A DNA stretch of 64,000 nt, taken from contig JAPMXV010000055.1 in the NCBI GenBank assembly GCA_026936335.1, positions 1-64,000 on the forward strand, in the 5' to 3' direction. Position 1 is the stretch's first letter. Every line of letters starts with the position of its first letter. A program made the translations under genes and the position numbers. Origin of the DNA: Mantamonas sphyraenae STR306. Lineage: Eukaryota > Protista > CRuMs. Below, one piece after another: positions 1 through 10,007 of the stretch. The notes beneath the pieces were generated by a model that was given only the letters and a program-made list of their open reading frames with translations, was not told where the DNA came from and did no database searches.

Positions 1-147
1 CCTAACCCTAACCCTAACCCTAACCCTAACCCTAACCCTAACCCTAACCCTAACCCTAACCCTAACCCTAACCCTAACCCTAACCCTAACCCTAACCCTA
101 ACCCTAACCCTAACCCTACCCTAACCCTAACCCTAACCCTAAACCCT
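1..147. repeat. Telomeric repeat array (CCCTAA)n, i.e. TTAGGG type, marking a chromosome end
   Basis: About 24 tandem CCCTAA units from base 1, with two variant units near 115-147. Confidence 0.99.
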
Positions 148-777
148 AGGTTGACAAATATCCCTGGTAAAATATGTGAGTCCGGTCTAGGTCATGTGAG
201 TTGTGCTTGTGTCTGCTGGCGGGTGGCTGAGTTGGGTGGTGACATGGGGCAGTGGGCAATGGGTGGGAGTGGAAATGTCGCTGGTGAGTGGTCGCCGTCA
301 TGCAACGCCGCGCAGTCAGCGCTGCCCTTCCGCCTTCAACCAAAATATCACCAACACCCACAACACACTCCACCAGTCCAACACAATCCACATACATTCC
401 AGTTCCACCACCACCACCATGGACAAAGACCACTCAAGCACTCCGAAGCAACAACACACACCCAACACCTACCCAGCGTGCGTTCTGCCTTCCACTCCGT
501 TTTCTGACTGCCCGCTTCTCCCGCTTCCACACCCCCTCCATGCTTCCGTCCCTTCCCTGCACTCCTCCCAAGCATCTCCACTTCCCCATCACCACCGCCG
601 CTGCCTTCTCCGCTCTTCACCGATCCCCTCCCCCCTGTCACTGCCCTCCCCGTTGCCAATTTCCCAGGCTGCCAATCTCCTCCGTTTTTCCCTCTTTGCT
701 CGTTCCAGCCTCCCTTCACCCCCGCTTCTGCCTTGACGGCGTCCATTCCGCCTTCCACTCACCGTTCCCACCCCGCC

Positions 778-3700
778 ATGCCCCTCCCCTCTTCCCGCAG
801 CTACACGTACATGGTCCCTCCCATGGCTGCCCAGCCGTTTCCGAACATGCTGCCCGCCTCTGGCGTACAAAACCCGTACCAGCACCCACAACCACCCATC
901 ATCTGGGTTCCTGTCAACATCCATCCCCAGCAGCACTACGCGTATGCTCATCAGGGCCACCCATACTACGCCTTCCCTCCTCCGCCGCCTCCTCAGCCGC
1001 GACAAACGGCCCAGATGCACTTCCCTCAGCCTCCGTTGCACCCTCCGCCTGCTCAACCCACCACTAACCACAACCGCGTCCCCAAACGCATCAGCCCTGC
1101 CTTTGTCGGCATCACACGGACCACATCCACCACCACATCGTCGTCCTCCCCCCACCAGGCCACACAGCAGAGTGGAGACTGCGACGACAACGACGCAGAC
1201 CAGGACACACGCACACATGACACCGGCGACGTGGAGGACCTGATGTTCCTGAACTTTGGCCACCGTGAACCTCGGTCAGTCTCCAGCAACTCAGAGTGGA
1301 TGCCCAGCTCATGGATGGAGGCGTACGAAGATGGCGAGGCAAACGACGCAACCCAGAAGCACGTGGACGACAAGTTGGAACCTCAGGGCATACTTGGCTT
1401 CGCAGACACTGGTGATGCCATGGATGAGGAGTACATGCCGCAAGACGACAGCCACGACGACACAGACGACATGGAGCAGGAGGACACGGACGAATGGCAG
1501 CCGAGACGTACAAGTAGAGGGCTCACGCGGCGTCGCAGAAGCCACATCAGCCGTCGTACCGATCCACAACTGATGAAAGGCTGTGGACAGCGCAGGGTCA
1601 GGGTCACGGCTGGCAGTGGCACGGAAACAGGAACGTCGAGCACACGGGCAAGGAGGGCAAACAACGGTGATACCGGCGCACGGAAGAATGCAGGCGTGAA
1701 CAAGACGAACAAGTTGCCAGATGGTGTTGTGCGCAAAGGGTGGACAACGAACTGGCGCAGTGACGAGCGCAGCTACAGCAGCAAGGAGCACACGGCACTG
1801 CTGAAGCACATGCACACCCTGGTCAACGAGCATCCCATCGACAACATCCCCGACCTCATGACACTGCAGGCGCGTATTGTCGTCTGCCATGGCACCCTGA
1901 CCACGCTTGTCCGACAGATTCAGCTCGCTCTGGGCAACATTCCCCTTTCCCAGGGCGACATGGCCTTCTGCCTCACTCTTCTCGGCCGTGACGTGGATCA
2001 AAGCGCGTGCAGCCATGCCATCCTTCACGCTGGTCTGGCCATGGGTGTGACAAAGGCTGGGTTGAAGGTGTGCTGGCTGGAGAAGCCACACGACCGCGGT
2101 GACCCCAACTACGCCCTCATCCACCTGCTCATGACAGAGATGGACACTCTCGGCGACAGACGCCACCCCACCACCTGGAAGGAGCACAAGCAGACCCATC
2201 TGTGGCTGCAGAAAGCACGACGCCCTGCTGGCAACAACAGCGATCCACACTGGACCAAATGCGACTACGACCACCACCTCACCTCAACCAAGGTGGGTAA
2301 GTGGCATCCTGAGTCAGTGCGCAGTGGCTGGAGCAAAGCCAACAGCGACGAGCGTGGCAGCTGCACGGCGCGGGAGTTCCAGACGCTGCTGGCACACATG
2401 AAGGCACGCGCAGCCGAGCACCCTCGCCACCAGCACACACGCGAGCACCAGGCACTGCGTGAGCTGATCAACAACGGTGACATGCAGTCCCTTGTGCGAC
2501 ACATCATCCTGGCGCTGGGCAACGTTGGCGTGCCGCCTGTCGACCTGGCCTTCTTTGTCCGCCTGCTCAGGCCACAACTCACCTGCCTGCAGGTTCAAGG
2601 TGCCATCAACCACACCCTCACCCGCGGCGTCACCTCCCTCTCCCTCAAGATCGCCTGGGTCGACAACCCCCAACCCAGCGACGCCACACTGCACACCCTC
2701 CTCCACACCCTCATCGACCGCATCACACCCCACATCACGAACCGTCCAACCACCTTCGACGCCGTCAACTTCCTCCGCGTTCCCGAGCTTGTTCTCCCCG
2801 AGCCAACAGAGGAGGAGATGGTGGCCGAGGATGGACTGCCAGATGGCGTTGTGCGCAGTGGCTGGACGTTCTGGCGCAAGAGCGAGCGCAGCCACAGCAA
2901 CAAGAAGGAGCACACGGCACTGCTCAACCACATGCACACCCTGGCGAACGAGCATCCCATCGATGGCATCTCAGACCTCATGACCCTGCAGGCGCGTGTT
3001 GTGGTCTGCCATGGCACCCTGTTGACGCTGGTCCGACAGATTCAGCTCGCTCTGGGCGACCTTCCCCTCTCCCAGGGCGACATGGGCCTCTGCCTCACCA
3101 TTCTCGGCCATGATGTGGATCAACAGGCATGCAGCCATGCCATCCAAGACGCTGGGCTGGCCCCGGGCGTGACAAAGGCTGGGTTGAAGGTGTGCTGGCT
3201 GGAGGAGCCACACGACCACGGCGACCCCAACTACGCCCTCCTCCACCTGCTCATGACAGAGATGGACACTCTCGGCAACAGGGCCCATCCCACCACCTGG
3301 AAGGAGCACGAGCAGACCCAGCTGTGGCTGCAGAAAGCACGACGCCCTGCTGACGACGACAGCGACCCACACTGGACACAATGCGACTACGACCATCACC
3401 TCACCACAACCAACGTGGAAAAGTGGCATCCGGAGTCTGTGCGCAGTGGCTGGAGCAAGACCGGAGACGAGCGTAGTAGCTGCACGGCGCAGGAGTTCCA
3501 GACGCTGCTTGCACACATGAAGACACGCGCAGCCAAGTACCCTCGCCGTCAGCACACACACGAGCACCAGGCACTGCGTAAGCTGATCAACTACGGTGAC
3601 CTGCCGTCCCTGCTGCGACACATCATCCTGGCGCTGGGCAACGTTGGCGTGCCGCCTGTCGACCTGGCCTTCTTTGTCCGCCTCCTCAGGCCACACGTCA

Positions 3701-3990
3701 CCTGCAGGCAGGTGCAAAATGCCATCAGCGCCACCCTCAGCCGCGGTGTCACCACCCTCTCCCTCAAGATCGCCTGGCTCGACAACCCCAAACCCAGCGA
3801 CGCCACACTGCACACCCTCCTCCACACCCTCATCGACCGCATCACACCCCACATCACCACACGCCCCACCACAGTCGCACTCGTCAACGCCTACCCCATC
3901 CCCTCTTTCACCCTCCCCAAGCGCAAAGCCCCTTCCTCCTCCTCCTCCTCCTCCTCCTCCTCCTCCTCCAAACGCCAACGCCTCGAATGA
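778..3990 (+). CDS. Subtelomeric tandem-repeat protein, copy 1, unknown family: Pro/Gln-rich then acidic N-terminus, two ~360-aa units, C-terminal bipartite NLS-like motif
   Basis: Intact ORF; first ATG 778 (alternative 811). Units start at ~1714 and ~2836 with LPDGVVR[KS]GW. Ends PKRK-poly(S)-KRQRLE. Confidence 0.85.
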   Translation: MPLPSSRSYTYMVPPMAAQPFPNMLPASGVQNPYQHPQPPIIWVPVNIHPQQHYAYAHQGHPYYAFPPPPPPQPRQTAQMHFPQPPLHPPPAQPTTNHNRVPKRISPAFVGITRTTSTTTSSSSPHQATQQSGDCDDNDADQDTRTHDTGDVEDLMFLNFGHREPRSVSSNSEWMPSSWMEAYEDGEANDATQKHVDDKLEPQGILGFADTGDAMDEEYMPQDDSHDDTDDMEQEDTDEWQPRRTSRGLTRRRRSHISRRTDPQLMKGCGQRRVRVTAGSGTETGTSSTRARRANNGDTGARKNAGVNKTNKLPDGVVRKGWTTNWRSDERSYSSKEHTALLKHMHTLVNEHPIDNIPDLMTLQARIVVCHGTLTTLVRQIQLALGNIPLSQGDMAFCLTLLGRDVDQSACSHAILHAGLAMGVTKAGLKVCWLEKPHDRGDPNYALIHLLMTEMDTLGDRRHPTTWKEHKQTHLWLQKARRPAGNNSDPHWTKCDYDHHLTSTKVGKWHPESVRSGWSKANSDERGSCTAREFQTLLAHMKARAAEHPRHQHTREHQALRELINNGDMQSLVRHIILALGNVGVPPVDLAFFVRLLRPQLTCLQVQGAINHTLTRGVTSLSLKIAWVDNPQPSDATLHTLLHTLIDRITPHITNRPTTFDAVNFLRVPELVLPEPTEEEMVAEDGLPDGVVRSGWTFWRKSERSHSNKKEHTALLNHMHTLANEHPIDGISDLMTLQARVVVCHGTLLTLVRQIQLALGDLPLSQGDMGLCLTILGHDVDQQACSHAIQDAGLAPGVTKAGLKVCWLEEPHDHGDPNYALLHLLMTEMDTLGNRAHPTTWKEHEQTQLWLQKARRPADDDSDPHWTQCDYDHHLTTTNVEKWHPESVRSGWSKTGDERSSCTAQEFQTLLAHMKTRAAKYPRRQHTHEHQALRKLINYGDLPSLLRHIILALGNVGVPPVDLAFFVRLLRPHVTCRQVQNAISATLSRGVTTLSLKIAWLDNPKPSDATLHTLLHTLIDRITPHITTRPTTVALVNAYPIPSFTLPKRKAPSSSSSSSSSSSSKRQRLE

Positions 3991-4688
3991 ACCACCCCTT
4001 CATTCTCACACCTTCCCACTCACCCTCCCCTCCCCACCCACCCAATCACCCTCTCCATCACCTCATCCGGCGGTGTTACCCACGCTTCCGACCCTCTCTT
4101 CCACATACGCCTCCATCCCACCACACCCAAACATCGCTTCCCCCTCCTCCCCATTCATCACCAACGCCACCTCCATCGCCTCATCCACCTGTGCACCCCA
4201 CCCATCCGCCTTCAACCAAAAGTATCACCAACACCCACAACTCCATCCACCAGTCCAACACAATCCGCATACACTCCAGCACCACCTCCACCACCATGGA
4301 CAAAGACTACTCAAGCACTCCCAAGCATCAACACACACCCAACACCTACCCAACGTGCGTTCTGCCTTCCATTCCGTTTTCTGACTGCCAGCTTCTGCCG
4401 CTTCCATGCCTCCTCCATGCCTGCGTCGCGTCCCTGCACTTCTCCCCTGCATCTCCACGTCTCCATCATCACCGCCGCTGCCTCCACATCTCCTCTCCGA
4501 TCCCCTCTCCCCTGTCACTGCCCTCTCAGTTGCCAGTTTCACCGTTCCCACTCTTCTTCCTCAGTTTCCCTCTTTGCTCGTTCCAGCCTCCCTTGACCCC
4601 GCTTCTGCTCTGACGGCGTCCATTCTGCCCTCCGCTTACCGTTCTCATCCCGCCTTGCCCCTCCCCGTCTCCCCACAGGTACGCACCC

Positions 4689-7600
4689 ATGGTCCCCTCC
4701 AAACCTGCCCAGCCGTTTCCCAACATGCAGCCCGTCACTGACGTCCAACCTCCGGACCTGCACCCACAACCGCCCATCAACAGCGCCCACGTCAACACCC
4801 AACCCCAGCAGCACCACGCATATGCTCATCAGGGCCAGCCATACTCATCCTACCCTTCTCCGCCGCCTCCTCAGCCGCGACGATCTGCCCGAATGCACAA
4901 CGCTCAGAATCACCATCCGCCTGCTCAACCCACCACAAACCACAACCGCGCCTCCGAACGCATCAGCACTCCCCTTTTTAACACCACACGGACCACATCC
5001 ACCACCACATCGTCGTCCTCCTCTGACCAGGCCACCCGGAAGACTGGAGACAGCGACGACGACGACGACGACGACACGCCGCAAGACGACAGCGACGACG
5101 ACACAGACGACATGGAACAGGAGGACACGGACAAATGGCAGCTGAGAACCCGGCTGAGAAGCCACACACGACGTTCTATCGGACCACACAACACAAAAGG
5201 CAGCGAACAGCACAGGCTCAGGGTCACGGCTGACAGTGGCACAGAGACAGGGACATCGAGCACACGGGCAAGAAGGGCCAAGAACGTTAACACCGGTGCA
5301 CGCAAAGCAGAGCGCGTGAACAAGGAGAACAAGTTGCCAGATGGCGTTGTGCGCAAAGGGTGGGCAATTGGACGTAGTGTCGAACGCAGCCACAGCAACA
5401 AGAAGGAGCACACGGCACTGCTGAACCACATGCACACTCTGGCCAACGAGCATCCCATCGACGACATCCCCGACCTCGTGACCCTGCAGGCGCGTGTTGT
5501 GGTCTGCCATGGCCCCCTGATGACGGTGATTCGACAGATTCAACTCGCTTTGGGCAACATTCCCCTCTCCCAGGGTGACATGGCCCTCTGCCTCACCCTT
5601 CTCGGCCGTGACATGGATCAACAGGCATGCAGCCATGCCATCCAAGACGCTGGGCTGGCCCCGGGCGTGACACAGGCTGGGTTGAAGGTGTGCTGGCTGG
5701 AGGAGCCGCACGACCACGGCGACCCCAACTACGCCCTCCTCCACCTGCTCCTGACAGAGATGGACACTCTCAGCGACAGCCCACATCCCACCAACTGGAA
5801 GGAGCACGAGCAGACCCAGCTATTGCTGCAGGAAGCACGACACCCCACCAACAACGACAGCGACCCCCACTGGACCCAATGCGATTACGACCACCACCTC
5901 CCCGCCACCACGGTGGACCAGTGGCAACCCGAGTCTGTGTGCAGTGGCTGGAGCCCGGGTAGGGGTGACGCCGCAGACGAGCGTGGCAGCTGCACGGCGC
6001 GGGAGTTCCAGACGCTGCTGGCCCACATGCAGGCACGCGCAGCCAAGTACCCTCGCCATCAGTACTCACACGAAGACAATGCACTGCGTGAGCTGATCAA
6101 CAACGGCAGCCTGCAATCCCTGGTGCGCCACATCATCCTGGCGCTGGGCAACGTTGGCGTGCCGCCTGTCGACCTGGCCTTCTTTGTCCGCCTCCTCAGA
6201 CCAAACGCTACCTACGAGCTTGTGAAATCATGCATCCGGACCAGCCTCACCCGAGGCGTCACCTTCCTCTCCCTCAAGATCGCTGGCTCGACAAACCCCA
6301 ACGCAAAGACGCCACACTGCACACCCTCCTCCACACCCTCATCGACCGCATCACACCCCACATCACCACCCGCCCTACCACCTTCAACGGGGTCGACACA
6401 CTCGACATCCCTGAGCTTGTTCTGCCCGAGCCTACAGAGGAGGAAGTGGTGGCCGTGGAGGATGGGCTGCCAAACGGCGTCCTGCGCAGTGGCTGGTCAC
6501 AGTGGCCCGGCAATAAGCGCAGCCACAGCAGCAGGGAAGAGCACACGGCACTGCTGAACCACATGCGCACCCTTGCCAACGACCATCCCATTGACGACAT
6601 CCCCGACCTCATGACTCTGCAGGCGCGTGTTGTGGTCTGCCATGGCACCATGAACACGCTGGTCCGACAGCTCCTGCTCGCTCTGGGCAATATTATCCTC
6701 TCTCAGGGCGACATGGCCCTCTGCCTCACCCTTCTCGGCCGTAACATGGATCAACAGGCGTGCAGCAATGCCACCAACAAGTCTGGTCTTCCCACGGGTG
6801 TGACACAGGCCGGGTTGAAGGTGTGCTGGCTGGGGGAGCAACATGACCACGGCGACCCCAACTACGCCCTCCTCCACCTCCTCATGACAGAAATGGACAC
6901 TCTCGGCAACAGGCCCCATCCCACCAACTGGAAGGAGCACAAGCGGACCCAGCGGTGGCTGCAGAAAGCACGACGCCCTTCCAACAACGACAGCGACCCG
7001 CACTGGACACAATGCGACTACGACCACCACCTCACCACCACCGAGGTGGACCAGTGGCATCCTGAGTCTCTGCGCAGTGGCTGGAGCAAAGCCAACAACG
7101 ACGAGCGAGGCAGCTGCACGGCGCGGGAGTTCCAGACGCTGCTGGCCTACATGAAGGCACACGCAGCCAAGTACCCTCGCCGTCTGTGCTCACACGAACA
7201 CCAGGCACTGCGGGAGCTGATCAACAACGGCGACTTGCGGTCTCTGGTGCGACACATGATCCTGGCGCTGGGCAACGTTGGCGTGCCGCCTGTTGAACTC
7301 ACCTTCTTTGTCCGCCTCCTCAGGCCACAAGCCACCTACCAGCAGGTTGTGACTGCCATCAGCGCCACCCTCAACCGCGGCGTCACCTTCCTCTTCCTCA
7401 AAATCGCCTGGCTCAACATACCCCAACGCGGCGACGCCACACTGCACACCCTCCTCCACATCCTCATCGACCGCATCACACCCTACATCACCAACCGCCC
7501 CACCACCTTCAACGGCGTCGACACACTCGACATTCCTGAGCTTGTGCTGCCCGAGCCAACAGAGAAAGAGATGATGGCCATGGAGGAGCCAGATGGTGTT

Positions 7601-8816
7601 GTGCGCAGGTACAACGGCGCACGGAAGAAAGTCAAGAAAGCAGGCGTGAACAAGAGGAACAAGCTGCCAAAAGGCGTTGTGCGCAAAGGGTGGACAACGT
7701 TGTCCAAATACGAGCGCAGTCACAGCAACAACGAGGAGCACACGGCACTGCTGAATCACATGCACACCTGGCCAACAAGCATCCCATCGACAACATCCCG
7801 ACATCATGAACCTGCAGGCGCGTGTTGCGGTCTGCCATGGTACCGTGCACTCGCTCGTCCGAAAGATTCAGCTCGCTCTGGGCAACATTCCCCTCTCCCA
7901 GGGCGACATGGCCTTCTGCCTCACCCTTCTCGGCCGTACCACTGATCGAAAGGTGTGCAGCCATGCCATCCCCCACGCTGGTCTGGCCACAGGTGTGACA
8001 GATGCCGGATTGAAGGTGTGCTGGTTGGAGGAGCCACACGACCACGGCGACCCCAACTACGCCCTCCTCCACCTCATCATGTCAGAGATGGACACTCTTG
8101 GCGACAGCCCACATCCCACCAACTGGAAGGAGCACGAGCAGACCCAGCTGTTGCTGCAGGAAGCACGACACCCCACCAACAGCGACAGCGACCCCCACTG
8201 GACGCAATGCGACTACGATCACCTCCTGACCACCACCGAGGTGGGCCAGTGGCAACCCGAGTCCGTGCGCAGTGGCTGGAGCACATCCGCAGACGAGCGA
8301 GGCAGCTGCACGCCGCGGGAGTTTCAGACGCTGCTGGCACACATGAAGGCACGCGCAGCCAAGCACCCTCGCCGTCAGCACACACACGAGCACGATGCAC
8401 TGTGTAAGCTGATCAACAAAGGCAGCCTGCTGTCCCTGCTGCGACACATCATCCTGGCGTTGGGCAACGTTCCTGTGCCGCCTATCGACCTGGCCTTCTT
8501 TGTCCGCCTCCTCCGGCCACACCGCACCTACAAGCATGTGCAAGGTGCCATCAACTACACCCTCGCCGAAGGTGTCACCTCCCTCTCCCTCAAGATCGCC
8601 TGGCTCGACAACCCTCATCCCAGCGACGCCACACTGCACACCCTCCTCCACACCCTCATCGACCGCATCACACCCCACATCACCACCCGCCCCACCACCT
8701 CAGCACTCGTCAACGCCTACCCCATCCCCTCCTTCACCCTGCCCAAGCGCAAAGACCCTTCCTCCTCCTCATCCTCCTCATCCTCCTCCTCCTCCAAACG
8801 CCAACGCCTCGAATGA
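4689..8816 (+). CDS. Subtelomeric tandem-repeat protein, copy 2, with three units. Interrupted by three single-C deletions (~6283, ~7768, ~7799): assembly errors or a pseudogene.
   Basis: ORFs 4689-6557, 6230-7945 and 7806-8816 join into one frame when one C is restored at each site by comparison with the paralogous units. Same C-terminus as copy 1. Confidence 0.75.
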
Positions 8817-8879
8817 ACCCTTCACCCTTCATTTGCACCCAATTACCTCCCTTCCTGCCCTCAATGTGTGCCATCCACA

Positions 8880-9938
8880 TCACTCCTCACCCTCCGCAAC
8901 GACCTCAATCTCACACGGAAGCCGGTGCCCAAACTTCACCCCTCCGCCATCCGCCATCCTCCAATACCCACGATACACCCCAACCTTCTCCGGCGCCACC
9001 ATGTCCACACTCACATCCACCTCTTCCCCGGGTTCCACCGTCTCCGCGTCCACCTCTACCTCCTCCTCCGCGCCCATTTGATCTCCGTTCTTCTTGCTCA
9101 CAAACACCACCCGACACCCTCTCTCCCACGCTTCGTCGCTGTCGTTCCGCACCCTCCACGTTTTCACAAACGCCGTGTTCCCCACCACCTGGTTCTCCCC
9201 CTTGGACATCGTCACCTCCCGAACCAGCCGCGCCTTGTTCCTTCCGCTCCCTCCACCTCCCCCCCTACCACCTCCTCCCCTACCACCTCCTCCTCCTCTA
9301 CCACCACCTCCTCTACCTCTGCCTCCCCTCCCTCCCCGTCCCCTTCCTCCCCTCCTCCCACTCCCGCCATCCGCCGCCTCCCCGAGCTTCTCAATCCGCG
9401 ACATCACCACCTTGTCCAACACCTTGCCTGACACACGCCCCACAGGAAGCAGAGCCAGCACCTCTTCCCTCTCCACCTCCTCCAGCTCCTGCACCAAAGC
9501 CTTCGTTTCCGCGCTCAATTCCTCCGGAACCACCACCTCCTCTCTTTCCTCCTCCGCCTCTTCCACCACCTCCTTACCCTTCTTAGAACCCACCTTCACT
9601 TTGCCCTTGCGTTCCATAAACACTCGCAGCGTCGGCATGACCCGTTTCTCCTCCTTCGCCACTTGCCGACTCAGCAGAAGCGCGTGCTCCACCTCCACAT
9701 CGCTTCCCATCACAATCCAGTCCCCCTCCTCGTCCACATATGACATCTTCATCCGCCCCACAATCTCCTCCGACTTCTCAAACGCTTCTGCCACCCCAGC
9801 CACCAGCGTTGCTACCCCGACGCCACTTCCGTCCACCACAAAACGCCGCGTCACTCCTCCCAGTGTCACCTTGACCGACACCCGCCTATCTGAGCCTTCC
9901 TCCTCGTTTCCTTGTCCGCTGCCGTTGCTGCTGCTCAT
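8880..9938 (-). CDS. NBR1-like protein: PB1 domain, RGG-rich linker, NBR1/FW domain
   Basis: PB1 acidic motif MSYVDEEGDWIVMGSDVEV. FW-domain motifs FVKTWRVRNDSDEAW and GVYRGYWRM...FGHRL. No ZZ or UBA domain seen. Confidence 0.8.
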   Translation of the reverse strand: MSSSNGSGQGNEEEGSDRRVSVKVTLGGVTRRFVVDGSGVGVATLVAGVAEAFEKSEEIVGRMKMSYVDEEGDWIVMGSDVEVEHALLLSRQVAKEEKRVMPTLRVFMERKGKVKVGSKKGKEVVEEAEEEREEVVVPEELSAETKALVQELEEVEREEVLALLPVGRVSGKVLDKVVMSRIEKLGEAADGGSGRRGGRGRGGRGGRGRGGGGRGGGGGRGGGGRGGGGGSGRNKARLVREVTMSKGENQVVGNTAFVKTWRVRNDSDEAWERGCRVVFVSKKNGDQMGAEEEVEVDAETVEPGEEVDVSVDMVAPEKVGVYRGYWRMADGGGVKFGHRLPCEIEVVAEGEE

Positions 9939-10007
9939 CCCAGTCCAAGTTTGCTTGCTTCCGCCTGCACAACCCAACAACCACCTCCCCCCCTCCATAC
10001 ACCCACC

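Larger units (their letters stand above)
330..8819 (+). repeat. Subtelomeric direct segmental duplication: copy 1 ~330-3993, copy 2 ~4206-8819
   Basis: The same upstream non-coding sequence begins ccgccttcaaccaaaa at ~330 and ~4206. Both copies end aaacgccaacgcctcgaatgaacc. The coding units are homologous. Confidence 0.95.

Noticed and set aside
778-8816. Subtelomeric repeats as a telomeric retrotransposon, DNA transposon or helicase
   Set aside because: No RT, integrase, DDE or helicase motifs, no terminal inverted repeats and no poly(A) tail seen
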